DNA of 64,000 nucleotides from Leptogorgia sarmentosa (Eukaryota): NCBI GenBank assembly GCA_964658305.1, contig OZ210885.1, positions 2,604,001 to 2,668,000 of the forward strand, read 5' to 3'. Shown piece by piece: positions 12,155 to 25,900 of this stretch (position 1 is its first letter; each line of letters starts with the position of its first letter). The notes under the pieces were generated by a model. It saw only the letters and a program-made list of their open reading frames with translations, ran no database searches and was not told where the DNA came from. The position numbers and the translations under genes were made by a program.

Positions 12155-13152
12155 TTATGGACGGATACATTGATTTTCCATGCAACAGCCATACCCAGAA
12201 AATCGATTGCATATCTTTTTCTCGCAAAAACGTTGACTTTGTGAATATTTCACGTTGTGCAGTTGAGTACGTGACTTAGACTTAAACTTAGACTTAGATT
12301 TGAATGATGACATCGATTTCCTGGCATTAATTAATAATCCTGATTTTGAAAGGTGTGTTTCGCGACAATCACACATGCATTTGTACGCACGACTTGCGCA
12401 AAGCCAATCGGGATTGTCCTCCGAGGTGCAGGCAAGGTACTTAGGATAGTGGCACTTGAGACAGCAACTGTAAACAGCATCGTAGATCTGTGGTCCGTCT
12501 AGGAACTCGACTATCCCCGCATGTAGGCAGTTTATAGGAAAGTCGAGAGTCTGTAATGAAAGGAAACGCATATTTTAAAATCATAAATACAATGCTATAT
12601 TATATAGTATCAGACTTTCGATTGTTCATGTATGCTGAGAACCTTCAAGTGACAGGCAAAAACAATGAACTGTTGTTACTGGGACCGTTTACCATTGCGC
12701 ACAATACTATTTGTCACGATAAAATACGATAATCCAATATCCAGTCGTGTGGCGTTTAACGAGTATTGTCGATTCAACGAACCAATCACACTGATTAGTT
12801 GCGCACTTCTTCACTCGATCAAACTTTGGAAATGTTTACCATGATTTTGGGCGTAGTGTTGGACCGATAGATTAATTGTAAAACGTAGTGGAAAGTGTCC
12901 ATATATATTTAACCAAACAACATCGCCTCACTAACTCACCGATCTTTTCTCTCGGCTGCTTTCCTTCTTCCGAGCCAAAGTTTCTCTTAAGGCTTCGAGC
13001 TTTGCCATTAACCTGCTGCCCCGGCAATTTCCCGACCATTCTCGTCTGATCCTCCATAATTTTTCAAGAACAGTCGCGTTTGACAAGCGAATGCCTTCGT
13101 GAAGAATTACCAGCTGCAACATCATGATTGCAACCAGTGTTATTCCCTTCAT
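12155..13152 (-). CDS. Secreted cysteine-rich pre-propeptide of unknown family; 2 exons, 202 aa
   Basis: Exons 13152-12940 (donor TCG|gtgagt) and 12550-12155 (acceptor ttacag|ACT), phase 0, 609 nt open. Hydrophobic N-terminus MKGITLVAIMMLQLVIL, convertase-type sites RIRR and REKR, then a 9-Cys module, a Lys/Ser-rich linker and a 5-Cys module. TATAAAA at 13258-13252. Confidence 0.8.
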
Positions 13153-14522
13153 CGTCAGTGCTGAAATATTCTCTGAAGAAGAACCGACAAGGTATTCACA
13201 CGGACTTGCTTATAACTGCAGCAAACTGCTTACACTAAAGGCTAGCTCTCATTTTATACTATTCCACCAATGCGAAAAATAGGTACACAAGTGTACATGT
13301 ATCTGCGCCTATGTAGCTTGGTTAACATGCAGCGATGATCAAGTCTTATTTGTTTTCAGCTTTTCGATACACGCATCTTACCTGTCCGTAATACGCGATC
13401 TTGCAGGTATAAAATGGTTTACTGCTAGGGAATAGGCGAATACCTTAAATACTAATGGATTTTAATGCGCGTGGTTAAAACGTGATACGTATTCAATACT
13501 TGATATAAGCTTTCATGACTACTATCTCGCATTCCAGAATTCGCGCGATCATATCAAATCGCATTAGGAATAATTGAAACTTGACAACATATGATATTGC
13601 ATTTCATGTTATCAAATAGAGATAGCGCTTTGCGATTGTTTGTGAAAAATGTGGCTTTCTAAAAACCAAATATACCCTTTTCAAAACCATATTATAATAA
13701 TACATTTATATACACTATATTCTGTCCATTCATGCAGCATTTGCCTGTAGACCCTAAAGTGTATGATGGGTATGCGCGTGGCCGTTCAAAAATAATAAGA
13801 TTTCCTTTGTGTGGTCTTGCGCTTAACAAACGCACAAACGCGTTTTATTACAACCTACAAATTCTGTTTTCCTGGGACTGAATATTTGATTCAACCATTC
13901 TATATGGCGAAGAGTCAAAATATAGTAGATATTCCGTGGTCACAGTGACACCGCGGGTTCGCGTGCAGTCCAAACATGTGTCAGTGCCGACACGCTAAAG
14001 TATCGTAGGGAAAATATACGCGCAATTTTGTCAAGACATAAACCTCTTTCGCTGTGTGTGTTCAAGGTAATACAATGTATAATTTGCGTAATGATATTTT
14101 TGCTTTGATGAGCTAAATTCCATAGCAAACCTGTTTGATATCTTTAAAAGCAATGCCAATGTATAATTTGCGTCGTGATATTTTTGTGCATCTGCGTACA
14201 AATCTGCGTCACTGTGTGCCGCAGTGTCTCATTTCTATCCTACTTTTGATACCCACGGCTCCAAACAACCCGTAAAACCTGCTGTAATTCAGACTGGTGA
14301 ATTTATCAAGTGTCAAGTGTACACTTACCAGATGAAGATAGGTCTCCGTATTAAATGGCGACAAAAGTAGGAAAGAAATGAGAAAAAAGTACAATATTTT
14401 AAACGATTTACTAACTTGCTAGTCTTGCTTGCTTCGAAGTTCGAGGTATTTGCAAATGGCGAACATAAGACACGACGCCGCACGAAGTCAACATCGGAAA
14501 TTATCGACATGCGAAAAGCTCT

Positions 14523-14637
14523 GTTCTGATTGGCTACAAGCTAATAGCACGAAGCTCTGATTGGCTACAAGCTAACAGCCCGAAGCTCTGATTGGCTACA
14601 AGCACGGTTACGGTTACGGTTGCGGTTACAGTTACAG
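14523..14637. repeat. 31-bp tandem repeat (about 2.6 copies) containing CCAAT boxes, followed by (acggtt)n
   Basis: ctctgattggctacaagctaa.agc.cgaag repeated, then acggttacggttacggttgcggttacagtt. Confidence 0.8.
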
Positions 14638-15184
14638 ATACTATCTTTTACCTACAAATTTGAATTGAGGTTTAGGTCCCGGTCCCACTCCAATATCAGA
14701 ATGGCATTTGCGGTTCAAATTTCAGGAATTTTCTGTCCATTTTCTGAAGTATCACGTGATATTGAGAGTCTCTAACACAAAAAAGACGTTAGAAGTATCT
14801 TTAGTCGAGACGTCTTGTGAATATAAATCAAAAGCAGGGAAAAATGGAAACAGCTCAAACCAAACAGACAACTCAATAACTGGAATTTAAAGAGAGTTTG
14901 CCAATCTCAAAAAATGATTATTTAAAAACAAATCGTCATGATTATAGAAAAAGTAAACAAAACAAGTCCTCTTAATCATATAGAACACGTGCATGTTAAT
15001 TCTTTTTGTTGAATCCCAAAAATACAGATTGTAAAATTAAAGGCAAATAAGATGACAAATCCTTTTATTTAATTTGGATCAACAAACTAACATCTCACAA
15101 TTATGATTAGGATGAACGCTCATATCGATCATTGACAAATCAAGTTAAATCAAGTCTACATTGTATAGTAAGTTGCTACAAATA

Positions 15185-18100
15185 TCATGCATCAATGGTT
15201 ATTGTGAAAAATTGTTCGTCTGTTGAATAGCAATCAACTGGTATAAACTTGGCAACAGTTCCATGAGGAACCACATCCTTGTATGCCTTGAAGTTTCCCT
15301 GCATTCCCAATCCACATTTTTCTAGTGAAAGGATGAAAATCTCGTTCCCATCCAGGGCCCTGTCCCACACATTCACCTCTGTCAGCGAACCTTGAAATGC
15401 GCTTTTTTCTTCAAAAACTTCATTATAGTTGTCTTGATCTTTTCCTATTATCCATTTACCAGATGAAGGGATGTCATCTCCTGTGATGACATTAGTGTCA
15501 TTGTAGTGCAAATTGCCATCTATGTATACTTTCAGACTGCCATCATCACTATTCCATGTGATGCACACATGATGCCATTTACCATCCGCTACCTCAATTT
15601 CTGTACTATAAAAATAGAAAGATCGCTATCCTAAGAATTCGCCCTGTAGAGAGATGTACGTATACATGCTCGAAAAATGCGCACGAGAAATGTGTTCCAC
15701 ACATTTCGAGTTCTCCCAAACTTGCACGAGTGTTTACATGCGGAGGATGCATGATGATCAGGACCAAGGGAAGGAAGCGCCTGGCGTACGATTTACTGTT
15801 TATTCATGAATAAACAAATTACTCAGATTCTGTCTAAATTTGAAACACCAATTCACACAAATGTGTGCTTCAGAATTAAGGTTTTGATGAGGAATGATTG
15901 ATAAAAGTGATTTTTTTTCTTAAAAATGGTATTTCTCATCATCTCCGAATATATAAAGCTGGCATAATCAAGAGTTTGATAAGTAATGCCAGAGACAAGT
16001 CCATTCGGGTTTTCAAGATGTCACACAAGAAATTCACTATACTCGCGTCCTACCCATGCATCAACTTCCACGCCTTCGTCACCCTAACCACCGATCTCTA
16101 TAAAAGCGCTATAGTGTAGTTATTTTTTGTTTTTTGCGCCTGGGTGCGATGTTGCTAAAATGCTACATTTACTTACTCGACTTTGACATATTCAAAATGG
16201 ACTTCTAACTCTGGAGACAAAGATATACGAAACTTCCCCTGATCCTCCGGGACGGCGTATGACAACACAGTTCCCATCCCATTTTTTCTGAATGTTTTGA
16301 CCCGAAAACACGAAGTCATTGCCTCCAATCCGTTTTCAGTTGGACCGTCCTGTCAAAAAAAATTAAATTTCAATCGTTAATTAAAGTTTGGATAATTTTT
16401 TCTACGAATTTTCAACAATGCATCCTGTTGTCTGAGATAAGTTCTTGCAGATCTTTCGTACATGCTACTTTATTAACAATGGGGAAATCTTGTTTAAAAC
16501 AAAAGGTAACCATAGGGTCATTTATTTACATTTATCTACAGTTAAGCATTTGCTTCAAGCCTATAAAAAGGGGTCACAGACGTACTTTTTTACTCTGTGC
16601 ATGTTTAAAATACGTGTAGCCGTGGACTTATGGACTAGAATGTATTTTTTAACGCTCCTTTAATTTTTAGTTTCCTATCCGAATAACGCCGCACCGTGGA
16701 TTGGACAACATCTGTTTTTAACAAAAGCTAGCAAATCGATTCTACTGTTGTTTATATATATGCAAATTAGCTAATAAATCTCTCAAATTATGAGAGATTT
16801 ATTACAGATACTCACCCCACTGGACAAGTCGCCATCTCCCAATTCTGCATATTCATTTACACTCCCGCTAAACAATAGCGCTTCGGAACTTACAATGTTA
16901 CTTGTTCTGTCATGACATGCAGGAAACATTGTCATCGCTTCTTGACCATCAATAACACTTATGCTACTGCCTTCTCCAATAGGATAACCATTTTTTGCCG
17001 TTATCGTTTTGTTTCCGTTTTTAGAGAATTGAGTGGAATCATAGTGCATTACACTATCGTAATCATAGCCATGTGATTTGCTGTCCGTTTGGTTTACTTT
17101 TTCGAATTGACGTATAGGTCCTTCGCCTAAAATAACACGTGTGTGCGTCAGTATCGATAAATTATTACTGTCAGTAAATTATCATTTATAAAGAAAACTG
17201 AAAATCATGACCGAGCTCGAGATTTTATGTGAAATAATTATCATTTTATACACCCTCCGCTCGGGTGATTCGACGAAATATTACCCGAAGATCATGGTAT
17301 TTCCGGAGGACGAATATGCGGAAATAGAAATGACCGAGCCAAGAATACATCAGTACGCGCTCATAATATCGATATCTACAGCTTCCGCCATGTTTGATTT
17401 GTCAACTTTTAAAGTGAGATACAGAAAATATTTCATTTTGTAAGCGAAGTACCCGGAAAAAGCATCCCATCACGTCATAGAAATACGGTCTTTTGATTGG
17501 GCAAGTTTAATTTGAGGTACAATATTATCTGAAATAAGTTCACCATGGTCATTCCCTATTAGACAATATTTTGAATCGACTGAATTAAGAAAAATTAATT
17601 ACTATAGTTGTTAGCATATGTTTATAAATTCCGGTAACTAGAAAACTCTGAAATTAGCGCTTTAGTTTTATCCCTGGGAAGGTATTGTAAACTTCAAGGT
17701 ACATATGAGACTGGGAACTGCCTTGAGAGCTTTGTGCGTATTAGAGAATGAAAGCACAAAGCTGTACGAAATGTTGTTACATATAAAATAAAAACTTGCC
17801 AGATTCGATATTTTCCCAATGTATTGTTACATAATCATCACGATCTGTACGAGATTGTTCGTGAAAGAATCCCAAAGCGTGGCCTAAAATAAATGCGAAA
17901 TAAAAAACTGAGATGAAAAAAACAGTAATTTTGGGGAGCAATCACGTTTGCGTATGTACAGAGGTATATTTAATAGACAATCCAATTAAGGGGTGTAAGA
18001 CCACAGTGTAAGATCCAGCCGGGAGAAGGGTTTGGGGCGGGGAGGGATGGCGAGCTGCTCGTCTGTATCGAGGAGGCAAATATGCTAGCAGACAGCCGAG

Positions 18101-21100
18101 TTTCTTTTTGACTTAGTTGATTTTGGGTACAAACCGATTTCGTGGACAATGATATAATGGTCGATACATCCAGGTTCAACGCCAAGTGAAAGATTCTGAG
18201 GTTTTCCTTGGTTACCAACAAATGAGTAGCAACTGAAGTAATACAAAACAATCGCCGATGAGAACTTTTTCCCGGCCATAATTATTCAGAGATTTGGTAG
18301 TAAGCAATTAACCTGGGTTACTTGAAACTCATAAACTAGTAAAAAGGGGTCGTGCATATTTTGCTTACGTCGCAAAAGATGCTAACGGCAATTTGAATAT
18401 TATAATATTTTATATAAAGAAGGTACTGTGTTTGTTTATAAAGTAAAGTAGTATATAATAAGCAATAGTAAAACTCGTGTAAACATGACATGACATGTTT
18501 GCTCATGTTGGCGTACTGTTATCACGAGATTTTCAATTGTTGTATTTTCTGATAATATACAAATACAATATACATATAATTCTCTAGTTGTTAGACAATA
18601 GTTTGCACTTTTTAGATAATATTATGGTTGAAAATATGGTCTCCAGATATTTTTAGTGGAATCAGTGAAAAATAAATTTTGACTTTTGAGATCGTCTACA
18701 AGATATATCCCTGAAAAACCCAAAAGCATTGAAATAACGCATAGTTTAAATTTGAATGCGCTAGCTCTATGCTCTCTACGATCGAATACTCGACGAAATA
18801 CGACGCGAGAAGAAGAAACAAGGAAAAAACATACGGAAAAAAACCACGAGAAAAAGACAAACGAAAAGAATCGAAACAATACAATAATCCGTCATCGACA
18901 CTAAGTATCTTTCGAACTTTAACAATAATTTCCTGTTATCCATTTCTGGTTGCTATGGTGGAACTTACCCCAAGTCATCGTCAATAAAGCGCAAAAATCC
19001 TGTTTGGTTTGTCCTACGTACGAAACGTAAACAAGGAACTATTTCCATCCACGCTCTCATTCCTGCAAAGATCATATCGGCGTAAGGGGATAAATCTGCA
19101 AGTGAAAAAAAGTAAAAAATTAAGTTAAAAAACGCAAACTGGAATTGCAGAACCTATAAATTTTACAAGAATGACAACCAAAAACGAGTAATTATCATTT
19201 ATTGGACGAGGTCGAGCAAAATATCGTGATTTGAAGCGCGCAAGCAGATCAATTATTTGACGATGCCGAAGGCAGAGGCAAATAACAGTTCTGCGAGCCA
19301 CCGACAAATCATAATATTCTGCGAGATACCAGTTATGAATAATTGTTTTGTTATTCACTCGATACTAAAGCTCAGGAAAGTCAGCCTTCATTGTTTTGAT
19401 GACAATGCGCATGCTCAGGGTGTTGTTTGTAACAGCAATGTTTTTAGCAAATACTGTATATAAATAATAGTTATTCCACATTTTACAGCGATAAAGGTTT
19501 CAAAACTTCCCCCAAGCAGGGTAACTTTTGTTGGTCTTGTTTGAGATGAAGTTTTTTCAATTATAAGAAAAATATAAAAGGCATATTTTTGTCCCGAATA
19601 CAATTTTTAACTTGTTCACGGGCGCCATGATTATTTTTTTGAAGCAATCTGTAGCTCGAGCTCTAATTTGATTGGTTCAAAGTGATAACACAAAATTGCA
19701 CTGTGATTTGTGCACTGGGATTAACTGCACTGAAATGAACCAATCACAGTCGAGTAAAACATGATGTATAATAATATTACGTTGTCTCAGCTACTGAAAA
19801 AAGGTAATGTTTGTTTTTGTATAGTATATAACTACTGTTTTAGGCATCTGCAGTAAATTATTCATTTAGATTTGAATATTAGCTTACCTTCACTAATCAC
19901 ATAAGGTATTTCGTGCTTGCCATTATTGACTGGCCAAATATGGTTTTCATTAGTGGTGGCTGCGCCACGTTTTTGGTGATTTCTCATCATGTTTTTTATC
20001 GATTTCGTTATCACGATGTCTCCCTCAAAGAACTTTTGTTTACGTCCTGAAATTTGTTTGTAGATTGTTCAACGCGAGAGTTGTATAGGAGTCAACTCTT
20101 TTTCAATCTTGTGGCATTTGAAATGCCAGGTGGAAACCGTAATGTGAATATAGATATAACAGTGCCCAGCAAGCTATTTCAAAAGTATACACACTGGTAA
20201 ACAATTCAAGTTCCGATCAAAGGCTAGCTATATTATGAAGTGTTGATTTAATGATTATATACATAATTATCGAAGTTTTATATAAGAAACGGTAAAACGA
20301 ATACGAAAGATGTTTAGCAAACAATAATATCACAAAAGTAAAAATGAAGTTACAGTTGACTATAACACACGACTTTTGTCAATGATAAATAATATAATTT
20401 AATGAGTATGTAATTAAACCTTTAAAGTTGTTTGCTGAGCACAATATCAATATTGCATTTCATATTCGGTGGAAGGACAAGAAGGATTTACATGCAGTGT
20501 GGCTTGTGACTTAAAGCTTGCTGCGAGCCTGTAATTTGTGGAAAATAATATAATGCATGCTAATAGATGCACTCGTTTTTCCTGTCTAGGTCATGATTGC
20601 AATTTAGTAGGGGGCGGGGTGGTATTGAAAATAAAATCAGAATAGAAAACGAAAAATGACTAGGCCTACGTCCCCCTACAATTGAAAAGATCATCGTACC
20701 CTCTATAATTATTTGCAACATATCAACGATACATACCTGATTTGTGCTCTACTTTTTCGTTAATTTGCGCAATCTTGCCAAATGTAGTGGTATGCTTTGA
20801 AGTTTCGTCAAAATTTTCTGTAATAAAAATAATCTCTTTTTTGGCATGGTGAAAACAATATTATTTCAAGTTTGCAGTTTACACCACTTTTTTTTTATCG
20901 CATGCGATAATAAAAATAATGTTGCAATGAATTTTACATAATTAAACGTAATTGACAGATATTCACGATCAGTTATGATATAAATACACTATCACGTTAG
21001 TAGTACAGTATGCGAATTTATGCTAAACAGATCATTTCAAAATCATTGTGGTTCTTTGTTTGCCGACAAGGCCCGGTTGTTGGCGAGCTCTTCAAGTTAA

Positions 21101-22868
21101 TTGGCGGATAAGTCAAATTGCAATGGCTCTATAATTCCTGTCGGGACTTTTTTTGTTCATACTACACTATTTCTAGCCTCCTACTGCTACTGGAAAAGCA
21201 CAGAATTTTATGCCCTGCTGAACAAAGGGAGTCGCTGGATTCTGACTACTATTTTCATAAATTTCTAACTTGGGGAAGTCTAAAATGGGAAACAGATGAA
21301 TAATTAGATGATTCTGCAAACGATATTCATAATCCCCGAGAAAGGGGAAGAAACGACTACGGACTGCAACCTCAGGCAGCTTTGGAGTACTTCATGTTCC
21401 AAAAATATAGTTGCATTTTTGGGTAAGTTAGGCTAGGGGTAGCTGCATATAATTATGTATTTCTAGTAATTATTTTGATACTCAGAGACGCACCATTCAA
21501 TCAATTAACCGGGTTCTTAAGGGTAATTGTGAAGGAAAGGTTAAAAAAGGAAACACGATCTACGCCTTCTCCCCCCCCGGCTCCACTGTAGAGTCGAGAT
21601 GATCTTTTACTTCAATGTTTTTTAATCATATCATCCATACCTGATTTTCGAAGTGATTTTTGGTTGATATCGAGGTTTCGCAGGATCTTGTCAAACTCTG
21701 AGTTGTCTTTGGAAACTTCATCAACATTTTCTATAACAAATGTTGGGACCATGTACCAAAATTAATCAAATCAAGAACATGCAACAACATACCAACACGA
21801 CAATTATTATAGTACAGATAAGTCAAATTTAAATTACATTTATAATGGCATATAAAGGCTTGATACGATAAACTAGGCACATCTGAAGATCTTTTTAAAA
21901 AAGCATATAGCAGGTTTTTACATGACTGCAATGCTTCTGCAATTCTTGTTGGGAGTTTATTATCCCAGGTTCTCTGAGAATTCAGAACATGTTCTTGTTT
22001 TGTTTATACTACACTATTTCTAGCCTTCGATTGAAAAAATCCCGAAATTTCTATGCCCTGATGAACAAAGGGAATCACTCGAGTCTACTTACCAATTTCA
22101 TAAATTCCTGACTTGATGGGAAAGCCTGTAATGGAAAACAATAGATCATGTCTTGAATTCTCAATTATTCAAACTATACTCATAATAATTATAATTTATT
22201 CAAATTCAGAGACGCGTCGAGCCCATTAACAAGGTTCTGAATGAAGTAGGGTGTCCGGTTATCACTTCCCAACCCAAATTTTAAATCACATTGACTTGGT
22301 GCAAAAATCTTATCTTCCCAGTGGCTATGGTTTGCTCAAAATTCAATCCAATTCCCATTTTCTATTGTTATGAATAAAATAATATCATTAAATCATGAAA
22401 GATCGTGAAGCTGTCCAGTTTCTGGTATCATTAGCAATAGTGTGTATGTGTTCGTATAAGAAGGACATAGCAATAGTTACTAGTGTGGTATAAAATGTTT
22501 GGACTTAATCCTGCATCGTAAGAAATTTTGATTTGTCGATTGCAAATAATATAATAACAACAGAATGATGAATTTTGGCTGGCATAGAAGAAAACCTCAA
22601 TCAGTTGAAAATCACACTAGTCTACATGGCCTGCCAAAAATGAAACTTGGTTCACAACAATCAATAACTTAGTCTATAGTAAAGCCCATTTTAATGCGAA
22701 GAAAGCCTGTCTTCATTTTCGCGTCGGAATTATTCTCGGAATCAATTTTGGAGAGGAAAAACGGTTTATTAAACTGCCTAAAATTAACAAAAAATATGTA
22801 AGCATACCTTTACTGTTAGGAACAAACCCAAGACAGACCAGCAGAATTAAAAGTGATGCAAACCTCAT
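15185..22868 (-). CDS. Secreted astacin-family (M12A) zinc metalloprotease fused to a C-terminal pentraxin domain; 10 coding exons, ~534 aa
   Basis: Exons 22868-22808, 21730-21641, 20817-20737, 20046-19888, 19095-18969, 18232-18135, 17883-17800, 17126-16816, 16349-16177, 15605-15185; total 1605 nt, open. Signal peptide, prodomain switch FEGDI, activation site KR|GAA, GCYSFVG, zinc motif [19 protein letters not shown] (split by an intron), Met-turn SVMHY, and pentraxin signature [10 protein letters not shown]. Confidence 0.92.
19195..19780. mobile_element. Long-hairpin repeat element in an intron of the astacin gene
   Basis: Imperfect palindrome at ~19195-19345 centred near gccgaaggc; distal gattgg/aaccaatc motifs like those of other such elements in the window. 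Confidence 0.55.
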
Positions 22869-22989
22869 TGTCGCAATAATGAATGATCCTTCGCACTTTG
22901 TCTCAAAAGCGATTTGATTGCTCTCTTTTATATTCTTTCTTGTTTTTTTTTCCGAATCGAGTTGATACAAAAGATGACCTGTTTTCTTC

Positions 22990-25900
22990 TCCATGTTTCC
23001 GACAGTTGAAGTGTAAAAGGATAGAGCCAGATATAGCGACGCCAAATTCAAGTCACGATTTATGGTAATTAGAAGCAGGGTTTGAAGACAGCTCAATTGG
23101 CGTGGATAATTAACTTCCGTTCCAGGAAATGAGCATGTCAAGGTTAACGAAATTTCGAATTAATTCTGACCTACGAATCAAATTTTTTCCCTAAAGTCTT
23201 CTAAAGCAGTAATATTGATGAACTGACTGTTTTTTTTTCGCATTTAGATAAAAACATCAGCTGAAATAGGTAAATTATTTATTTGAATGAATGGTAGCTC
23301 ACTTAACTCGGTTAAAAATATAGAAAGAACTATTTCCGAAAAATAAAGTCATCTTGCAATTCAAGATATGAAAAAAAACAAGACAGACAACTGAAACATC
23401 GACAGATAGAATCGTCATTCTGTCTGACGATGACTTCGAAATTTGAAAGTTGAAAATTCACAGTTTCAGTTGTTTGTCTTGTTTTTATTCATATCTTGAA
23501 TTGTAAGATGACTTTATTTTTCGGAATTTGTTTCTTTCTATATTATATTAAAATTAATTGTCAGCTGGCCGTGGTTTTTGGACGTAACTCGATTGACCCT
23601 AAAAACTACTATTGGCTCCGATGTTTAAAACCCCATGCACTAATGTAGGTCTACGTGGCGAGTGATAACGGAGATAAAATTGGACAATGTGGATATCATG
23701 TATCGCGTGCAGCGTTCGACGTTCGTTTGTTTGAAGGGTGTATAATTAGGTTGCGGTTTTGAATGTTGGAAGAATAGTGTTTGTTCTTTGTGTAAAAAGC
23801 TATAGACGTTGAAAGGTTTAAAAATACACGGGCTTCTCTTAGCCGGCGTGCAATATAAGTCACGATTCACCTGAAGCCGGCTGTGAATAATTAGCGTACT
23901 TTCCATGCAGCAAAGAATCTTCTGTCTAAGAGTTTATGCATGTTTAAAACAGAAGCTAAATTATTATTTTTGAGTTTTTAATGCGTACATGTTGGAAGTT
24001 ATGCGAGTGCTGGGCGGTTGGGAACTTTTACGGGAAGATTTCGGAAATTATTCCATGCAATTATGTCTCACGTGAGAACTCCAGACAGGACAAGACAGTT
24101 TTAAAGTATTCGTGTAATCGTGTTCGACTATATACGTGATTAAGTTAGGAAAGTCAGGGATATGATTCGGCATAGGAATCAGAATTTATTCGAACAAAGT
24201 TTATCAAGATTTTTTTAGATTCAAATAATTTGTATATTAGACTGAGCATACATTATACGATTCAATGAATACTTCGCTTCACTAGGTTGAACCTCGAATT
24301 AGCCTTACTATTTTAAAACCACGTATTTCAAAACCCGACCGAGAGAACTGGCAATATTAAAAGGTAATTAGTATTAGTAATAGCATGGGGCCGAGTGCAA
24401 TTTGGTTATAATATGCACGAGTAAGTTTTTGAAACACTTAATAAGAGACATTAAAATACATTATTTTTATCCTTGGAAAATTGAAAGATCTATCTTACAT
24501 ACCGTAAATTAATATATCACATGTTGGGTATTTAAATTAACTCTTTACAATTAACAAACATTTACAGAAAATAAAACTGTATAAATAATCGCGTGCAGTG
24601 TTTCTTTATCTGAAAGGTGTTGAACTGTAATCAGAATTGTAGCTTTGTTTGTGGCTTCCGTGAAGATTTCTAAAAATAGCAGAGGTGCAATATCAGTCAC
24701 GATATCAACTCGGAGAAATTAACTTGCTTTCCATGCAGCAAGGAATCTTTGTCTATGTTCAAAAATATTTCTTGTTCGACTTTCATATATCCGTGGTTTA
24801 TTTTGACAGGCCGAGATCCGATACCGGCATGGGAATCAGAAAATTTACTTGAACAAAATTTGTGAAGAAGCGGCGAATATTTGTGGGGTGCATGGTCGTT
24901 TTTCTTAGCTACATTATAAACATCAATTTGACCAGGCTTACATGATACGATTGAATGAATAGTTCGCTTCACTTGGTTGAACCTCAAATTAAACTATTAT
25001 ACCACACCGTATTATAACCCGACTAGGAAGACTTACGATTAAAAACATGTAGGTCCTGTGTGAATAAACAGAGAGAGCCTGATCTAGCGATTCCAAATTC
25101 AAGTCCGATTTATGGTAATAAGAAGACAGCTCAATTGGCGTGGATAATTAACTTCCGTTCCAGGAATTTAGTTTGTCAATGTTAACGAAATTTCTAGTCA
25201 ATTCTCACATGCGAATCAAGTTTTTCCCTATTTGTACCTTTTTATTTAACACCATTTTTGGTGTTAATTTAACACCCCGAAATTAACAGTGTAGTCAGAA
25301 GGTTGAGAAAAAAATGAAGATGGAATCTTCTCGTGAAATTGAAATGAAATTGTAAACATCGCTTGCAGAGTTCGTTTGTTTGAAAAGTGTATAATTAGGC
25401 AGCGGTTTTGAATGTTGGAAGAATGTTGTTTGTGCTTTGTGTAAAAAATAAAGTCTTTGAAAGGTTTGAAAAGGGATTTTTAATCTTGTTTTAGATTCAA
25501 ATAAATTGTATTATACGATCAGTGAATGAATACTTCGCTTCACTTGGTTGAACCTCAAATCAACGTCACTATTATTTTTAAAGCACCGTATTTTAAAACA
25601 AACAAGAAAAGTTGCGACATTAAAACACTTGCTGTACATGGGAATAGTTTGTATTTGTCATAAAACATTTTTTGTAAAAGTAATTAGTATTAGTACTAGC
25701 ATGGGGCCGAGTGCAATTTGGTTATAATATGCATGCACGAGTGAGTTTTTTAAACATTTAAAACGAGACATTAAGACACATTTAATCCTTTAAAAAATTT
25801 GAAAGATATTATAGCTTACATAGTGAAAATTAATATATCACATGTTAAGTATTTAAATTAACGCGTTACCGCATTATTATGCAACTAACATTTACAGAAA

